A stretch of DNA of 35,406 bases from a virus (lineage: Duplodnaviria; Caudoviricetes). The stretch's first letter is position 1. Each line of letters begins with the position of its first letter. Below are positions 18,048 through 28,123 of this stretch, in pieces. Position numbers and translations under genes: made by a program. The stretch is taken from positions 1-35,406 of the IMG/VR virus record IMGVR_UViG_3300043394_000757, one strand, 5' to 3'. The notes below the pieces were generated by a model that did not search any database, was not told where the DNA came from, and was given only the letters and a program-made list of their open reading frames with translations.

Positions 18048-19979
18048 ATGGCAACACCATTAATAAGAATACCGCAAGAACAGGGTGGAACTATGTACGC
18101 ATTTTCAAGTGCGGCCAGAGATTTAACTAGAGCATACTATAATCCGGATATCAATTTTGAATATTCGAAGTTTGCTTTATTAAATATTCCGGTAGTTGCA
18201 ACTCCATCAAATGGTGAGAATTTCATCCGATTCGAAAATTTATATGAAGGAGGAAGTGCTCCAGCAGCATCATACATTCCAAATGCAGATGCAAATGTAA
18301 GTTTTGCAGAAACAATGCAAAATTATGCGCTTAACTTTGAAAACTTTGTTTTAACTGATGATGATTTCGATCCTGCTATTTTTGCATCTGATGCTGAAAA
18401 AATATTCTTTAAATGGTTACATCACATTGGCGCATTTGAAGTAAAACCTGCAACTGCCCAACAAGTTGTTTCAGGATATTCAAGAGCAATTGAAAATGAA
18501 GACACAACAAATACTGGAAATAATTACAATAGAGTTGTAAAATATGTTGGAAATATCGATGTATCAAATGATAAAAATTTCCAAGGAAATACTTACAATG
18601 AAATTTTTGTAAACGTTCCATCATCAGCCGGATATACTCCGGAGATTTTATTCAAATCTTCAAATTATAATACTACCGCAACATCATACTTGCCAAATAC
18701 TGAAATAAACGGTAGAGCCGGACAAACACATCCAGATGCTAATTTAACATTGAACTCATTGGCTGATAATATCGATGGTCAAATTGATTTGGACCCAGTT
18801 AATATTTTCAATTATGGTATTGAGTGGAATCCATCTTTATATGCTAAAATTGCAAATGACCCTTCATTAAATAATTTCTTAGATTATTCCAAGAGAGGTG
18901 GTGATTTTAAATTCAACGCAATCTTAGTATATTATGACATTTATTCAAAATCAAATATTGCAAACAAATCAACAAACCTATATGGTATAATTATTTTAGA
19001 TAATTTCAAGGATGACCCTTCAACAACTGGATGGTATATTCCTGCATTAACTAAATATAAACCAAATGATGTTACTGGATTGAATGGAAACGCCTTTGCA
19101 TTAAAGCTTAACGTTAAATTTAATTCATCATTAGATAATGTTGGAGTTGAGTCAAATATTAATGACTACTCTACATTCTCAATGGACATTTTCTTAGATA
19201 CAACAACTGCTTTAGAAAATGCTGCAAGATTAATGGTTGAAGCCAATAATAGATATGCATCAATTGTTGAAAGACTTGAGGCTATAGAGGACTTAACATT
19301 AACTTCAAACGATACTAGTACAATTTTAGCAAGATTAACAGAACTTGAAACTGCCCTAGAGGATGCTGCATTAAATTATGCAAACTCATCAAGCATTTTA
19401 GATATGATTACTTCGGTTAACAATAGATTAAACCAAGTTATCAATGGCCAAATTCCTAGTGAAATTCAATATAATACAGATGTATTGTCAGGTGGTGATG
19501 GAACAACAATAGATAAATCAACTCCAAACAATATTAAAATAATAAACACCAACTACGGTTACACCCTGAACGATGTGTTTGAATATGACTTTATTTCAAG
19601 TATAACTGGAAATGTAATAGACTCAAGTAATGTATTTAATGCTACACTTACTGCTTCGAAAGGTTTAATTACTAGAGTAAAGCCTTATGAAAATATGGTT
19701 AGAGTTTACACCGACCAAGGTACACTATCTGGAGATATGAATATATACTTAGATGATAGTATCAATGTATGGAAAAAAGGTCAAACCATTAAATTTTCAT
19801 TTAAGAACTTATTGCCAACATTAGGTACTAACAAAATTAACATATACACAGATAAACAAAATGCATGGGTATTAAAAACTACAATAGATGTATCTCTTCT
19901 ATTAAGTAACAAACCATACTTTGAATTGATTTGTGTAGACGAAACAAACAAGACATTTGAACTTGAAATTATAAGATAA
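18048..19979 (+). CDS. Virion structural protein (643 aa)
   Basis: Long ORF in the baseplate operon; beta-rich N-terminus, coiled coil near aa 385-465, beta C-terminus. Family not recognised. Confidence 0.6.
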   Translation: MATPLIRIPQEQGGTMYAFSSAARDLTRAYYNPDINFEYSKFALLNIPVVATPSNGENFIRFENLYEGGSAPAASYIPNADANVSFAETMQNYALNFENFVLTDDDFDPAIFASDAEKIFFKWLHHIGAFEVKPATAQQVVSGYSRAIENEDTTNTGNNYNRVVKYVGNIDVSNDKNFQGNTYNEIFVNVPSSAGYTPEILFKSSNYNTTATSYLPNTEINGRAGQTHPDANLTLNSLADNIDGQIDLDPVNIFNYGIEWNPSLYAKIANDPSLNNFLDYSKRGGDFKFNAILVYYDIYSKSNIANKSTNLYGIIILDNFKDDPSTTGWYIPALTKYKPNDVTGLNGNAFALKLNVKFNSSLDNVGVESNINDYSTFSMDIFLDTTTALENAARLMVEANNRYASIVERLEAIEDLTLTSNDTSTILARLTELETALEDAALNYANSSSILDMITSVNNRLNQVINGQIPSEIQYNTDVLSGGDGTTIDKSTPNNIKIINTNYGYTLNDVFEYDFISSITGNVIDSSNVFNATLTASKGLITRVKPYENMVRVYTDQGTLSGDMNIYLDDSINVWKKGQTIKFSFKNLLPTLGTNKINIYTDKQNAWVLKTTIDVSLLLSNKPYFELICVDETNKTFELEIIR

Positions 19980-19980
19980 T

Positions 19981-22900
19981 ATGAGTGCCAGCAATTCAAT
20001 ATCACAACTACTTGAACAGTTTTTAGAGCTAAACACAAACGCTTTAGAAACATTTAACAGAATTAATGAAGCAATAACCTCCAATAAAGAAACGGTGGTT
20101 ATTGACTTGTTTAATAGTACTACCAATCAAATGGAGACTATTCAAATCCCAGCGTTTGGATATTTGAAAAGAGAAATTGAAAGATTGAATAAAAACATTA
20201 GTTCAATTAGTGGTCTTGAAGGATCTGATGCAACTGTTAGATTAAAGGACGGTTCATACCGAACAATCCATACTGCAAGATTAAAAGGACCTTCAAAGTC
20301 TGTGACTTCTCTTGCTTCTCCAACTACATTTAACACAAAATTAAATGAGTTCTTTGAGGACTTTTTAAATCCGTTATTGACTATTAACCTTGATGTTACT
20401 GGTCAAATTCCAGTTGAAACAGAAAAGGTTTACGTTGAAAGATATATTTTTGACTCAAATGATGTTGCAACTCTAACTTCATTTGATGAGATTTACAAGG
20501 GTGCTAGCGAGATTGACTACAATACATTTAAGGCAGAGATTGTAAATAACTCCTATAAATATTTTGTTGATGCTGAGGTATTAGATATGCCGATGAGATT
20601 GATTCAATATACTGGAACTTTTGACGTAACTAAAGTTGATAATGCTGAAAGAACACAGGTTGTTGATGGAGTTTCTCAAACCAAAACTGTTAAATTATAT
20701 ACGGTTAACAAATTAACTTACACTGATTCTACAAAATCATTAAAAGATACTGAAACCCTAAAGGTTGGAGATTCTTTAATTGTAAACTCAGGTAACTATA
20801 GAACAAGATACCAAATTGTATCGATTGATAATTCAACTTCTCAATTAGAATTATTATTGTTAGAAGGTTCGGAATCTATTAAGATTGGCGTAAATCAATT
20901 AGCAGTTTACAAAGATGTAGATACAAATTTAGATATTGAAGTGAAAATCGGATTTAATGAAAGACAAGTTGTCTTTGTTAAGCCAATCGATCCAAGCTCA
21001 AAAATACCTGCTGAAAACTTTTCTCCTGGAGTTGCATTTTATTCAAATGAATTATTAATCACAACTTCAACTGGAGATAATACTACTTTAGCAGAGTACT
21101 ATAAAAACGAAGTTTCAGATTTTGGTCAGTTTATCAAATCACTTAAGGTAGATTATATTCCACCTGCAGCGGTTGGTATTAAGCCAGATTCTCCATTAAT
21201 TGAGGCAAATAACTTTAAAGTTGTTCAAATTAATAAACACTTGACCAATAATACTAACACAGATAAAATTAAACAATTAAAATCTGATAAAGTTGCAATT
21301 GAGCAAGAAATTAAGAAATTAGACGAATCAATCAAGCAGAAAAAATCTCTTATTAATACTAAGAAATTTAAATCAGCTGCTGAGAAAGATACACAAAATA
21401 GTGAATTATCTGCATTGGTTAGCAAAAGAGAATCAAGTTCAAACCTTTTCTCTTCAATCATTACAGATATTAAATCATCTGCTGAAAGTAGTGATTTACA
21501 AACAGTAAGTCCTAAATACAGGGTAAGAGGATTTTGGTCTGTACCTGAACCTAAGAAAATTGGCAATCAAGTTTCTCAAGAGGTTGTACAATTTAAAATC
21601 CGATACAGATATGTTTCGACTTCCGGAAAAACTTCAGAAGTTGACCAAATTAAATTCAATGATACTATTAATCAAACTGAAAAAACTGCAGCCTTTTCAA
21701 ATTGGGTTGAAGTTTTAGGACCAGTTAGAAAACGTCAATTGAATAAAGATGGAAAATATGAATGGATCTTAGAGAGTGAAGAGGATGCAAACGCAGTTAA
21801 CTTCAACTCATTAGACATTTCAATTAATCCAGGTGAAGTAGTTGAAGTAATGGTTAAATCCATTTCAGAGGCTGGTTTTCCTGCAAATCCTATTGAATCT
21901 GATTGGTCAGAGATTACTCGTATTGAATTTCCACAGGGAGAGATAAATACAGATGCTTTAGGAAATGTAATTAAAGCAAATGAACTAGATGCACTTAGAG
22001 TACAAATCCAACAAGACTTAGAAAGCGCAGGTGTTTTCACCCACGTTAAAGATACCTTTAGTGTTGGCGATGTCACCTTTGCACATAATGCAAATACAAT
22101 TGCATCAGGATTCTTAACAGATCAAAGTAATCCAATTTCAGTTTATGAAAAATTATTAAGCTTGCAAAACGAAGTACTAAGATTACGTGCTGTAATTGAA
22201 GGAACCGTTGGAGAATTACAAGTTAGAATTATTGATGAGGATGGTAATGTAACTCCAGTTACAAATAACACAACAGTACAATTATTTGCAGGTTATTATA
22301 TAAATGAAATTCCAAGTACAGGTGGTAAAGGTTATATAGTTACTAAAAACTTTAAGGTTGAATTATCAAATACTAAAGCAACTGATCTTGAGTTAATTGC
22401 AAGAATCTTAGGAGATACAAGAACTCCTGCATATGTTTCTACAACAAACACAAAATTTGGTCTAGGAGCTGGAACAATCGATGCTGAATATCAAAACGAT
22501 TCATATTACACTGGAGAAGCAAGATATGACTTAGTTCCAGTTGTTTATCAAAACATTGATAATGTTGCAAATTTAGGTGTTGATTATTTTAATAATGGAC
22601 CAGAGCAATCTACTCAATTAAGAGGACAATTCATTTATTCAAGATTTAAAAATATTGCGAATGATGATAATTTATATGTAATCGACGAACTTAACACGAA
22701 TAGTATTGCAGATGGAGATATTGATGTATTAGCTACTTCAGGCTATGACAAATATGAATATGGTTTATCATTTATATTGAGTGGCGTTATAAATAATATT
22801 GATGGTTCAAAGAATTTTGATAATGCAACTGCACAGACCTTATCTCCAGTAAGTAATACTCCGGGTAACTTTATTTGGTCAGGTTCATATACAGGTACTA

Positions 22901-23646
22901 CTCCAAATACAGTTGCGCTTGGAACTGCAGTTCAATATTCAAGTTATTCGAATGGTTTATATATGCATAAGGACCATCCACTATTATCTGGTTACTCTAC
23001 ATCTGATGCAATACTTCAAATTATGAGTAATGGATTAGTTGGTATGCCTAAAACGGCTCCTCGTAGAGCAAATGATTTGCATGGTAAAAAACAAACTCCA
23101 TTTAGAGTAATTAATTCAATCAACATTGATGGAAATAGTGGTTTGAGAACAACAATTAAAAATGGATTCTCACCAGAAGACCAATATCTATTAGGTGGAC
23201 TTTCATGTGGATCTTTCCTTTATATTTCACCATTAAACGTTGATTCATTGGTAGTTGACTCACCAAATAAAAATGGTAAGAAAATTATTCCTGGTGGAAA
23301 TGCAAACGCAATTACATTAGATTTAGTGTTCCAATATAGAATGACAGATTATTACGGTGAAGGTTCAACTGGAACTGGTAGAATTGGTGGTGTTGTTGAT
23401 AGTACATTAACTAACTTAACTTACTCTAAAAAAATCGGATTAGATATTTTGGACTTTGCTAAGAAAGAGTTTCAATTTGATATTGAAGTATATGCTAAAT
23501 ATTCTCCACAAGGTAAGAACATTAACAGTATTACAAGTTCAATGTTGTCTAATTATAACACTAACTTCCAATCAGGTGGTGGTAGACGTAAATATCTATC
23601 AGAAGGATTAATTGACTACTCATACCCTGAAATTACACAATATTAA
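19981..23646 (+). CDS. Large virion structural protein (1221 aa)
   Basis: Long ORF with coiled-coil segments (KIKQLKSDKVAIEQEIKKLDESIKQKK; EKLLSLQNEVLRLR) and an FN3-like ending (EVMVKSISEAG...ESDWS). Confidence 0.6.
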   Translation: MSASNSISQLLEQFLELNTNALETFNRINEAITSNKETVVIDLFNSTTNQMETIQIPAFGYLKREIERLNKNISSISGLEGSDATVRLKDGSYRTIHTARLKGPSKSVTSLASPTTFNTKLNEFFEDFLNPLLTINLDVTGQIPVETEKVYVERYIFDSNDVATLTSFDEIYKGASEIDYNTFKAEIVNNSYKYFVDAEVLDMPMRLIQYTGTFDVTKVDNAERTQVVDGVSQTKTVKLYTVNKLTYTDSTKSLKDTETLKVGDSLIVNSGNYRTRYQIVSIDNSTSQLELLLLEGSESIKIGVNQLAVYKDVDTNLDIEVKIGFNERQVVFVKPIDPSSKIPAENFSPGVAFYSNELLITTSTGDNTTLAEYYKNEVSDFGQFIKSLKVDYIPPAAVGIKPDSPLIEANNFKVVQINKHLTNNTNTDKIKQLKSDKVAIEQEIKKLDESIKQKKSLINTKKFKSAAEKDTQNSELSALVSKRESSSNLFSSIITDIKSSAESSDLQTVSPKYRVRGFWSVPEPKKIGNQVSQEVVQFKIRYRYVSTSGKTSEVDQIKFNDTINQTEKTAAFSNWVEVLGPVRKRQLNKDGKYEWILESEEDANAVNFNSLDISINPGEVVEVMVKSISEAGFPANPIESDWSEITRIEFPQGEINTDALGNVIKANELDALRVQIQQDLESAGVFTHVKDTFSVGDVTFAHNANTIASGFLTDQSNPISVYEKLLSLQNEVLRLRAVIEGTVGELQVRIIDEDGNVTPVTNNTTVQLFAGYYINEIPSTGGKGYIVTKNFKVELSNTKATDLELIARILGDTRTPAYVSTTNTKFGLGAGTIDAEYQNDSYYTGEARYDLVPVVYQNIDNVANLGVDYFNNGPEQSTQLRGQFIYSRFKNIANDDNLYVIDELNTNSIADGDIDVLATSGYDKYEYGLSFILSGVINNIDGSKNFDNATAQTLSPVSNTPGNFIWSGSYTGTTPNTVALGTAVQYSSYSNGLYMHKDHPLLSGYSTSDAILQIMSNGLVGMPKTAPRRANDLHGKKQTPFRVINSINIDGNSGLRTTIKNGFSPEDQYLLGGLSCGSFLYISPLNVDSLVVDSPNKNGKKIIPGGNANAITLDLVFQYRMTDYYGEGSTGTGRIGGVVDSTLTNLTYSKKIGLDILDFAKKEFQFDIEVYAKYSPQGKNINSITSSMLSNYNTNFQSGGGRRKYLSEGLIDYSYPEITQY

Positions 23647-23651
23647 TAAAC

Positions 23652-23709
23652 ATTGCCTCTTTTATTAATCCTACATAATGGGATATATAATATAAATAAA
23701 AGAGGCAAT
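23652..23709 (+). promoter_or_regulatory. 15-bp perfect inverted repeat enclosing GATATATAA (23682-23690), overlapping TATAAATA (23691-23698) and occluding the translation initiation region of 23714
   Basis: attgcctcttttatt (23652-23666) is the exact reverse complement of aataaaagaggcaat (23695-23709); SD-like AGAGG (23701-23705) lies in the 3' arm, 8 nt before the ATG. Confidence 0.75.
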
Positions 23710-23713
23710 TTTC

Positions 23714-26700
23714 ATGGCTATAATTAATACCAGTGCTGTAAATAACACAATAGACAATAAATCTTTCGCTATATTAAGAACTAACCCAAAGTTAGCGAGT
23801 AATATTAAGCTTATTGTTGATTCAGATTCTAAATTATATTTAAGTACCTTTAAAGCAAATAAGGAACTTGCACAAGTACAATATCAAAAATATGATATTA
23901 GTGCTGATGGTGTTTATTCTAAAGATGTTGCTTCATTCTTTAGAGATTTGCCTAATACTGAAAAGTACCAAATTCTTAGAACTAATACAGATACTACGTT
24001 ATACTCAGATTATTCAATTCAATATGAGGACCAATATCAATACGGTGCCTTACACAATGTTACAAAGTTATATAAAGAGCAATACAAATTATTTGCACCA
24101 ATTTGGCTTGAAAAGAAAATGCCTAGCAAATTTGTAGTTTATAGAGTTGAGGACGTTGATTATAAAGGAACCTATGACGAAACTACACTGGGTCAAAATG
24201 GAAGATTAGTTGAGCTTTTAAATAAAGCTACAATTATTAAAACCTTTGACCTATCTTTGAATTCTCCAATTGGAAAGTATCTATCGAATCATATTAACGA
24301 TAAATTATTTCCAACGGCTCCTCTTACTGTAAATTTCAAAGAGGGAGCATCTTCATTTTATAACGGTATCGATACTGCAAATGGAGGATTTGCAAGCAAA
24401 GCAGAACAATTTGACAAATACTATACACAAGTTGACTATCCTGAAATTGTTAGCAATGAAATTATTACACAAGGATTTGAAAGAAATTCGTTGATTGTTG
24501 CAAACTTAATTAACCTAGAGTTTTTATTTGATGATTACACTGCCGAAGATTATAAAATCTATAGATACTTTGGTTTATATGTTGATGATATCGATGAAGG
24601 TTATTTTAAAATAGACGCAATTCCAGGGAATGGAATTATTAATATAGATTTAAACTCATATAAAACAATATATGATTTAAGTGGAACATCATTAACTCAA
24701 CTTGATATGCTTCCAAAACCATCTGAGTTATTAAACCCTGCTTTACATTATGTTAAAGATAAAAATGGAGATTTCCATAATATTAAGAATGCAGTTGATT
24801 TTCCAGTTGGAAAACTTCCAGTTTCAATGAATGGTGTAAAGACAGATTCATTTATAGGTTTTGCAAAAACCGGTAGAGTTATTAATGCAGATAGAAATGT
24901 TGCAAGTCCAAGAGGATTTATAAAATTTGAGGTTGTTGGAACTCCAAATCATAATGATAAATTTTTTATTGGTGATAAAACTGAGATTGAAATTGCAGGT
25001 TATAATTTAGGAGACTTTACATTTGTTGCTGATAATAGTTTGGCACCAGGAAGAGCATTAAATAATAGATTCTCAAATCAAGGTACACTACAACAAATTG
25101 CAATTGCGATTTCAAGCGCGATTAAAATGGGAGAGGTAATGACATACCAAACACATGTTGATGGAAATAAGGTAATCATTGAGGATTATTTAGATGGTAA
25201 TCAACGAAATTTAACAGCTTTTGGAACTTACAATTTAAACTTTATTAATAATTTCATACTAATGTTGGATGCTGATTCAAATAATATTGGATTGGTTGAC
25301 CAATTAGTACCAAATACTACGAACACTGTTTTTTCTGACTGGACAATATGGACAATGAAGGGTGGTTCGAATACTTCTGCTGGATTTCTTGTAAAATCAA
25401 GCGAGATTCAAGACATTAATGTTGGTGATGAATGGATTAAAGAAAAGGACAAAGAAATATATTCAAAAATAATTGAATTCGTGCAAGATCCATTCGATCA
25501 AACACTATATAGAGTTATATTGGAAAAACCTATTAAGTTTTCAAATGACATGGTATTTGAAACGTATATGCCATTTGAAGTTTCACATGGTAGATTTTCT
25601 GCATATGATTTTAAAGATTTTGATTTTGACTTCTATTCAACTAGAAATTCACAGTTAGGAGATTTAGCATATGACCAGTTACCAACTGGAATTAATGCAT
25701 TTGACTTTTATACAGGTTTAAGTCCAGTACTTGAGAATGAAAAGATAGATGAAACTCAAGTTGCCACAAATTTAAATTCAGAATACGATAGACTTAGCGA
25801 AAATAGATTAAAAGAAACATCTATCAAGAGTAGAGTTATTCCATATATTGCAAAGTTTGCATTAAAGAATTCTACTAATGCAAGAAATTTACCATATATG
25901 TTGAATGTAAATGAAGCATTTGGTGAAGATAATCTTTCTCCAAATATTGAAATTGACTCTGCAAGAAATATTGATTTAATGAATATGGAGCATTTTCATA
26001 TTCACAGTATACCTTCATCTCTTGTAGATGGGAATAGAAAGGATTTTAATAACTATGTTAATTTTGGAAATTCTGACCTAACGATTAATAAATTAAAAGA
26101 CACATCATTTAATTATTTTGATGCATACTTTAATTGGAATGGATATTTAGATGAGAGTGACCTTAATAATCCACCAATTTGGTTTGATAATACCTTTAAA
26201 TCCCTTTGGACTAAGTTTGATGATGGCAATTTAGAGAAAAATTCATCAACAGTATTTAGAGGACTTAGATATATTTACCAAAAACGTAAAGAAACAACAT
26301 TACAGAATCCAACTGAGTTTATTCCAACAAATGAAGTTAATGATTATAAATTTGGTGTTGTCTTAAAATATACAAATGGTGCAAATAAAAATTCAGTTAC
26401 TGTTAACTCAATTAAAAATGATGCCTTTAAATTCATTTGTATATTAATAGAATTGGAAATTGTACAAAATGATATTGATAATTTAGATCGATACCTATTA
26501 TATACTCTAAAGGATTTAGAATCCAATAATGCCATTATAGATACTACTATTGAATTTCAAATAGATTTTCAAAATAGTTCATTTGGGGCACAGAATGATG
26601 AAGCTATTTTAAGTGCTTCACAGTTCTCTATAAATGACGGAACTGCAAAATTCTTAACATATGTGACTCCAGATGAAATTGGAAATTATAGTTGGATTTA

Positions 26701-28120
26701 TTTTAATTTAGGTCTAGATACATGGGCAGTAAAGGTTGTAAGAGTAATTAATGATGATAGTATTGTTGTTAGCGGTTGGCCATATGCATTTAACCCACAA
26801 ACAGGAGTAATTGGAACGTTAAGACTGGATCCTTTTCAATTTGGATTAATTGCATATAACTCATTATTTAAATATTATCAAGGTGGTAGAAACCAATTTG
26901 CAAGTATTTTAAATCAACTTAATGCATATAATTTTGCAAATCTATTTAATAAGTTTGGCACTATTAATTATGTTACAGTTGATTTGAATGGTAATATATT
27001 AAATAATCAGTACACCCTTTCAATTGAATCGGGGGTTGATGTAATCAAACCATCAATCGTCACTGCTAAGGCGGATGCCGATAGACCAAAGGCGTATCAA
27101 CTAGTTTCTGGAGAAATAGGAAAGGTTATAGTTGATAGAGAAGATGGAGGTTATATTACGGTGTTACGCAGAATGAATGGAAATTACAACCCTTTATTCA
27201 ATAACGTAATTACCTTTACTGATTTATATAATTCAAATAAAGTTTTAATTTCAAATAGTGAATATGAAACATTAGTTTATAATAGACTAAATGGAAATGG
27301 ACTTGCATTTGAATCATTTAAAAATAATGCTGAAGGATTTGGTATTATTAAAAACTATTTCTATCACAAAGTAAATGATGAGAATTCTAAAAACATTTTA
27401 AAACTTTCTCAAACATCAGATAAATTACCATTATATCCTGCAATTGGAGAGATTGCAATTGATAAAAAGGATTTGAATTTATTCAGATCTAAATATTCAC
27501 CATTATATTTTTCTAAAGCTCTACCTGGTGGAACTTCGGAAAATGTGCATGGAACATTAAGCCCTGTTGAAAAGAAAACATTCATGGTTTCAACCATCAT
27601 GAAAGTAAAAGATTCTTATGATATTACTAAATTTGATAGTACTAAAGAAATTTCATTAGAGGCTTTAGATAAAATAAGATTTGAACAATCTAATGTAACT
27701 TCAATTCATTGGTATGAAAATGACAGTGAAGTGATTGCAGACTTTTATTTACCATCTGCCATATTAAATGAGTTAATTGAAGATGGAATCAAACCAAGAT
27801 TTAAAAAGTATATTGATAGTGAATTCTCGTTTGGAGACAAAGAATCTATCAATGATGATTTACAAATATACGCAAACAACAATATTACGCCTAGATTTAT
27901 TTTAGACAATATTGATATATATGGAATTCAAGGAAAAGATTTACAGACATCATTTGTTTCAGTAACTAACGTTACAGAATTAACAAAAGATAATTTTACT
28001 AAATTGACCAACTACAATATTTTAAGCTATCAAAATGATGGTCTAAGTTTTAGACTAATATATAGTAAAATGGTTGGATATTCTTACAATTTCAAAATAC
28101 ATGTTAAAATACAGGCTTAA
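23714..28120 (+). CDS. Very large virion structural protein (1468 aa)
   Basis: Long ORF rich in Asn/Asp/aromatic residues, between baseplate and fibre genes. Family not recognised. Confidence 0.6.
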   Translation: MAIINTSAVNNTIDNKSFAILRTNPKLASNIKLIVDSDSKLYLSTFKANKELAQVQYQKYDISADGVYSKDVASFFRDLPNTEKYQILRTNTDTTLYSDYSIQYEDQYQYGALHNVTKLYKEQYKLFAPIWLEKKMPSKFVVYRVEDVDYKGTYDETTLGQNGRLVELLNKATIIKTFDLSLNSPIGKYLSNHINDKLFPTAPLTVNFKEGASSFYNGIDTANGGFASKAEQFDKYYTQVDYPEIVSNEIITQGFERNSLIVANLINLEFLFDDYTAEDYKIYRYFGLYVDDIDEGYFKIDAIPGNGIINIDLNSYKTIYDLSGTSLTQLDMLPKPSELLNPALHYVKDKNGDFHNIKNAVDFPVGKLPVSMNGVKTDSFIGFAKTGRVINADRNVASPRGFIKFEVVGTPNHNDKFFIGDKTEIEIAGYNLGDFTFVADNSLAPGRALNNRFSNQGTLQQIAIAISSAIKMGEVMTYQTHVDGNKVIIEDYLDGNQRNLTAFGTYNLNFINNFILMLDADSNNIGLVDQLVPNTTNTVFSDWTIWTMKGGSNTSAGFLVKSSEIQDINVGDEWIKEKDKEIYSKIIEFVQDPFDQTLYRVILEKPIKFSNDMVFETYMPFEVSHGRFSAYDFKDFDFDFYSTRNSQLGDLAYDQLPTGINAFDFYTGLSPVLENEKIDETQVATNLNSEYDRLSENRLKETSIKSRVIPYIAKFALKNSTNARNLPYMLNVNEAFGEDNLSPNIEIDSARNIDLMNMEHFHIHSIPSSLVDGNRKDFNNYVNFGNSDLTINKLKDTSFNYFDAYFNWNGYLDESDLNNPPIWFDNTFKSLWTKFDDGNLEKNSSTVFRGLRYIYQKRKETTLQNPTEFIPTNEVNDYKFGVVLKYTNGANKNSVTVNSIKNDAFKFICILIELEIVQNDIDNLDRYLLYTLKDLESNNAIIDTTIEFQIDFQNSSFGAQNDEAILSASQFSINDGTAKFLTYVTPDEIGNYSWIYFNLGLDTWAVKVVRVINDDSIVVSGWPYAFNPQTGVIGTLRLDPFQFGLIAYNSLFKYYQGGRNQFASILNQLNAYNFANLFNKFGTINYVTVDLNGNILNNQYTLSIESGVDVIKPSIVTAKADADRPKAYQLVSGEIGKVIVDREDGGYITVLRRMNGNYNPLFNNVITFTDLYNSNKVLISNSEYETLVYNRLNGNGLAFESFKNNAEGFGIIKNYFYHKVNDENSKNILKLSQTSDKLPLYPAIGEIAIDKKDLNLFRSKYSPLYFSKALPGGTSENVHGTLSPVEKKTFMVSTIMKVKDSYDITKFDSTKEISLEALDKIRFEQSNVTSIHWYENDSEVIADFYLPSAILNELIEDGIKPRFKKYIDSEFSFGDKESINDDLQIYANNNITPRFILDNIDIYGIQGKDLQTSFVSVTNVTELTKDNFTKLTNYNILSYQNDGLSFRLIYSKMVGYSYNFKIHVKIQA

Positions 28121-28123
28121 TCA

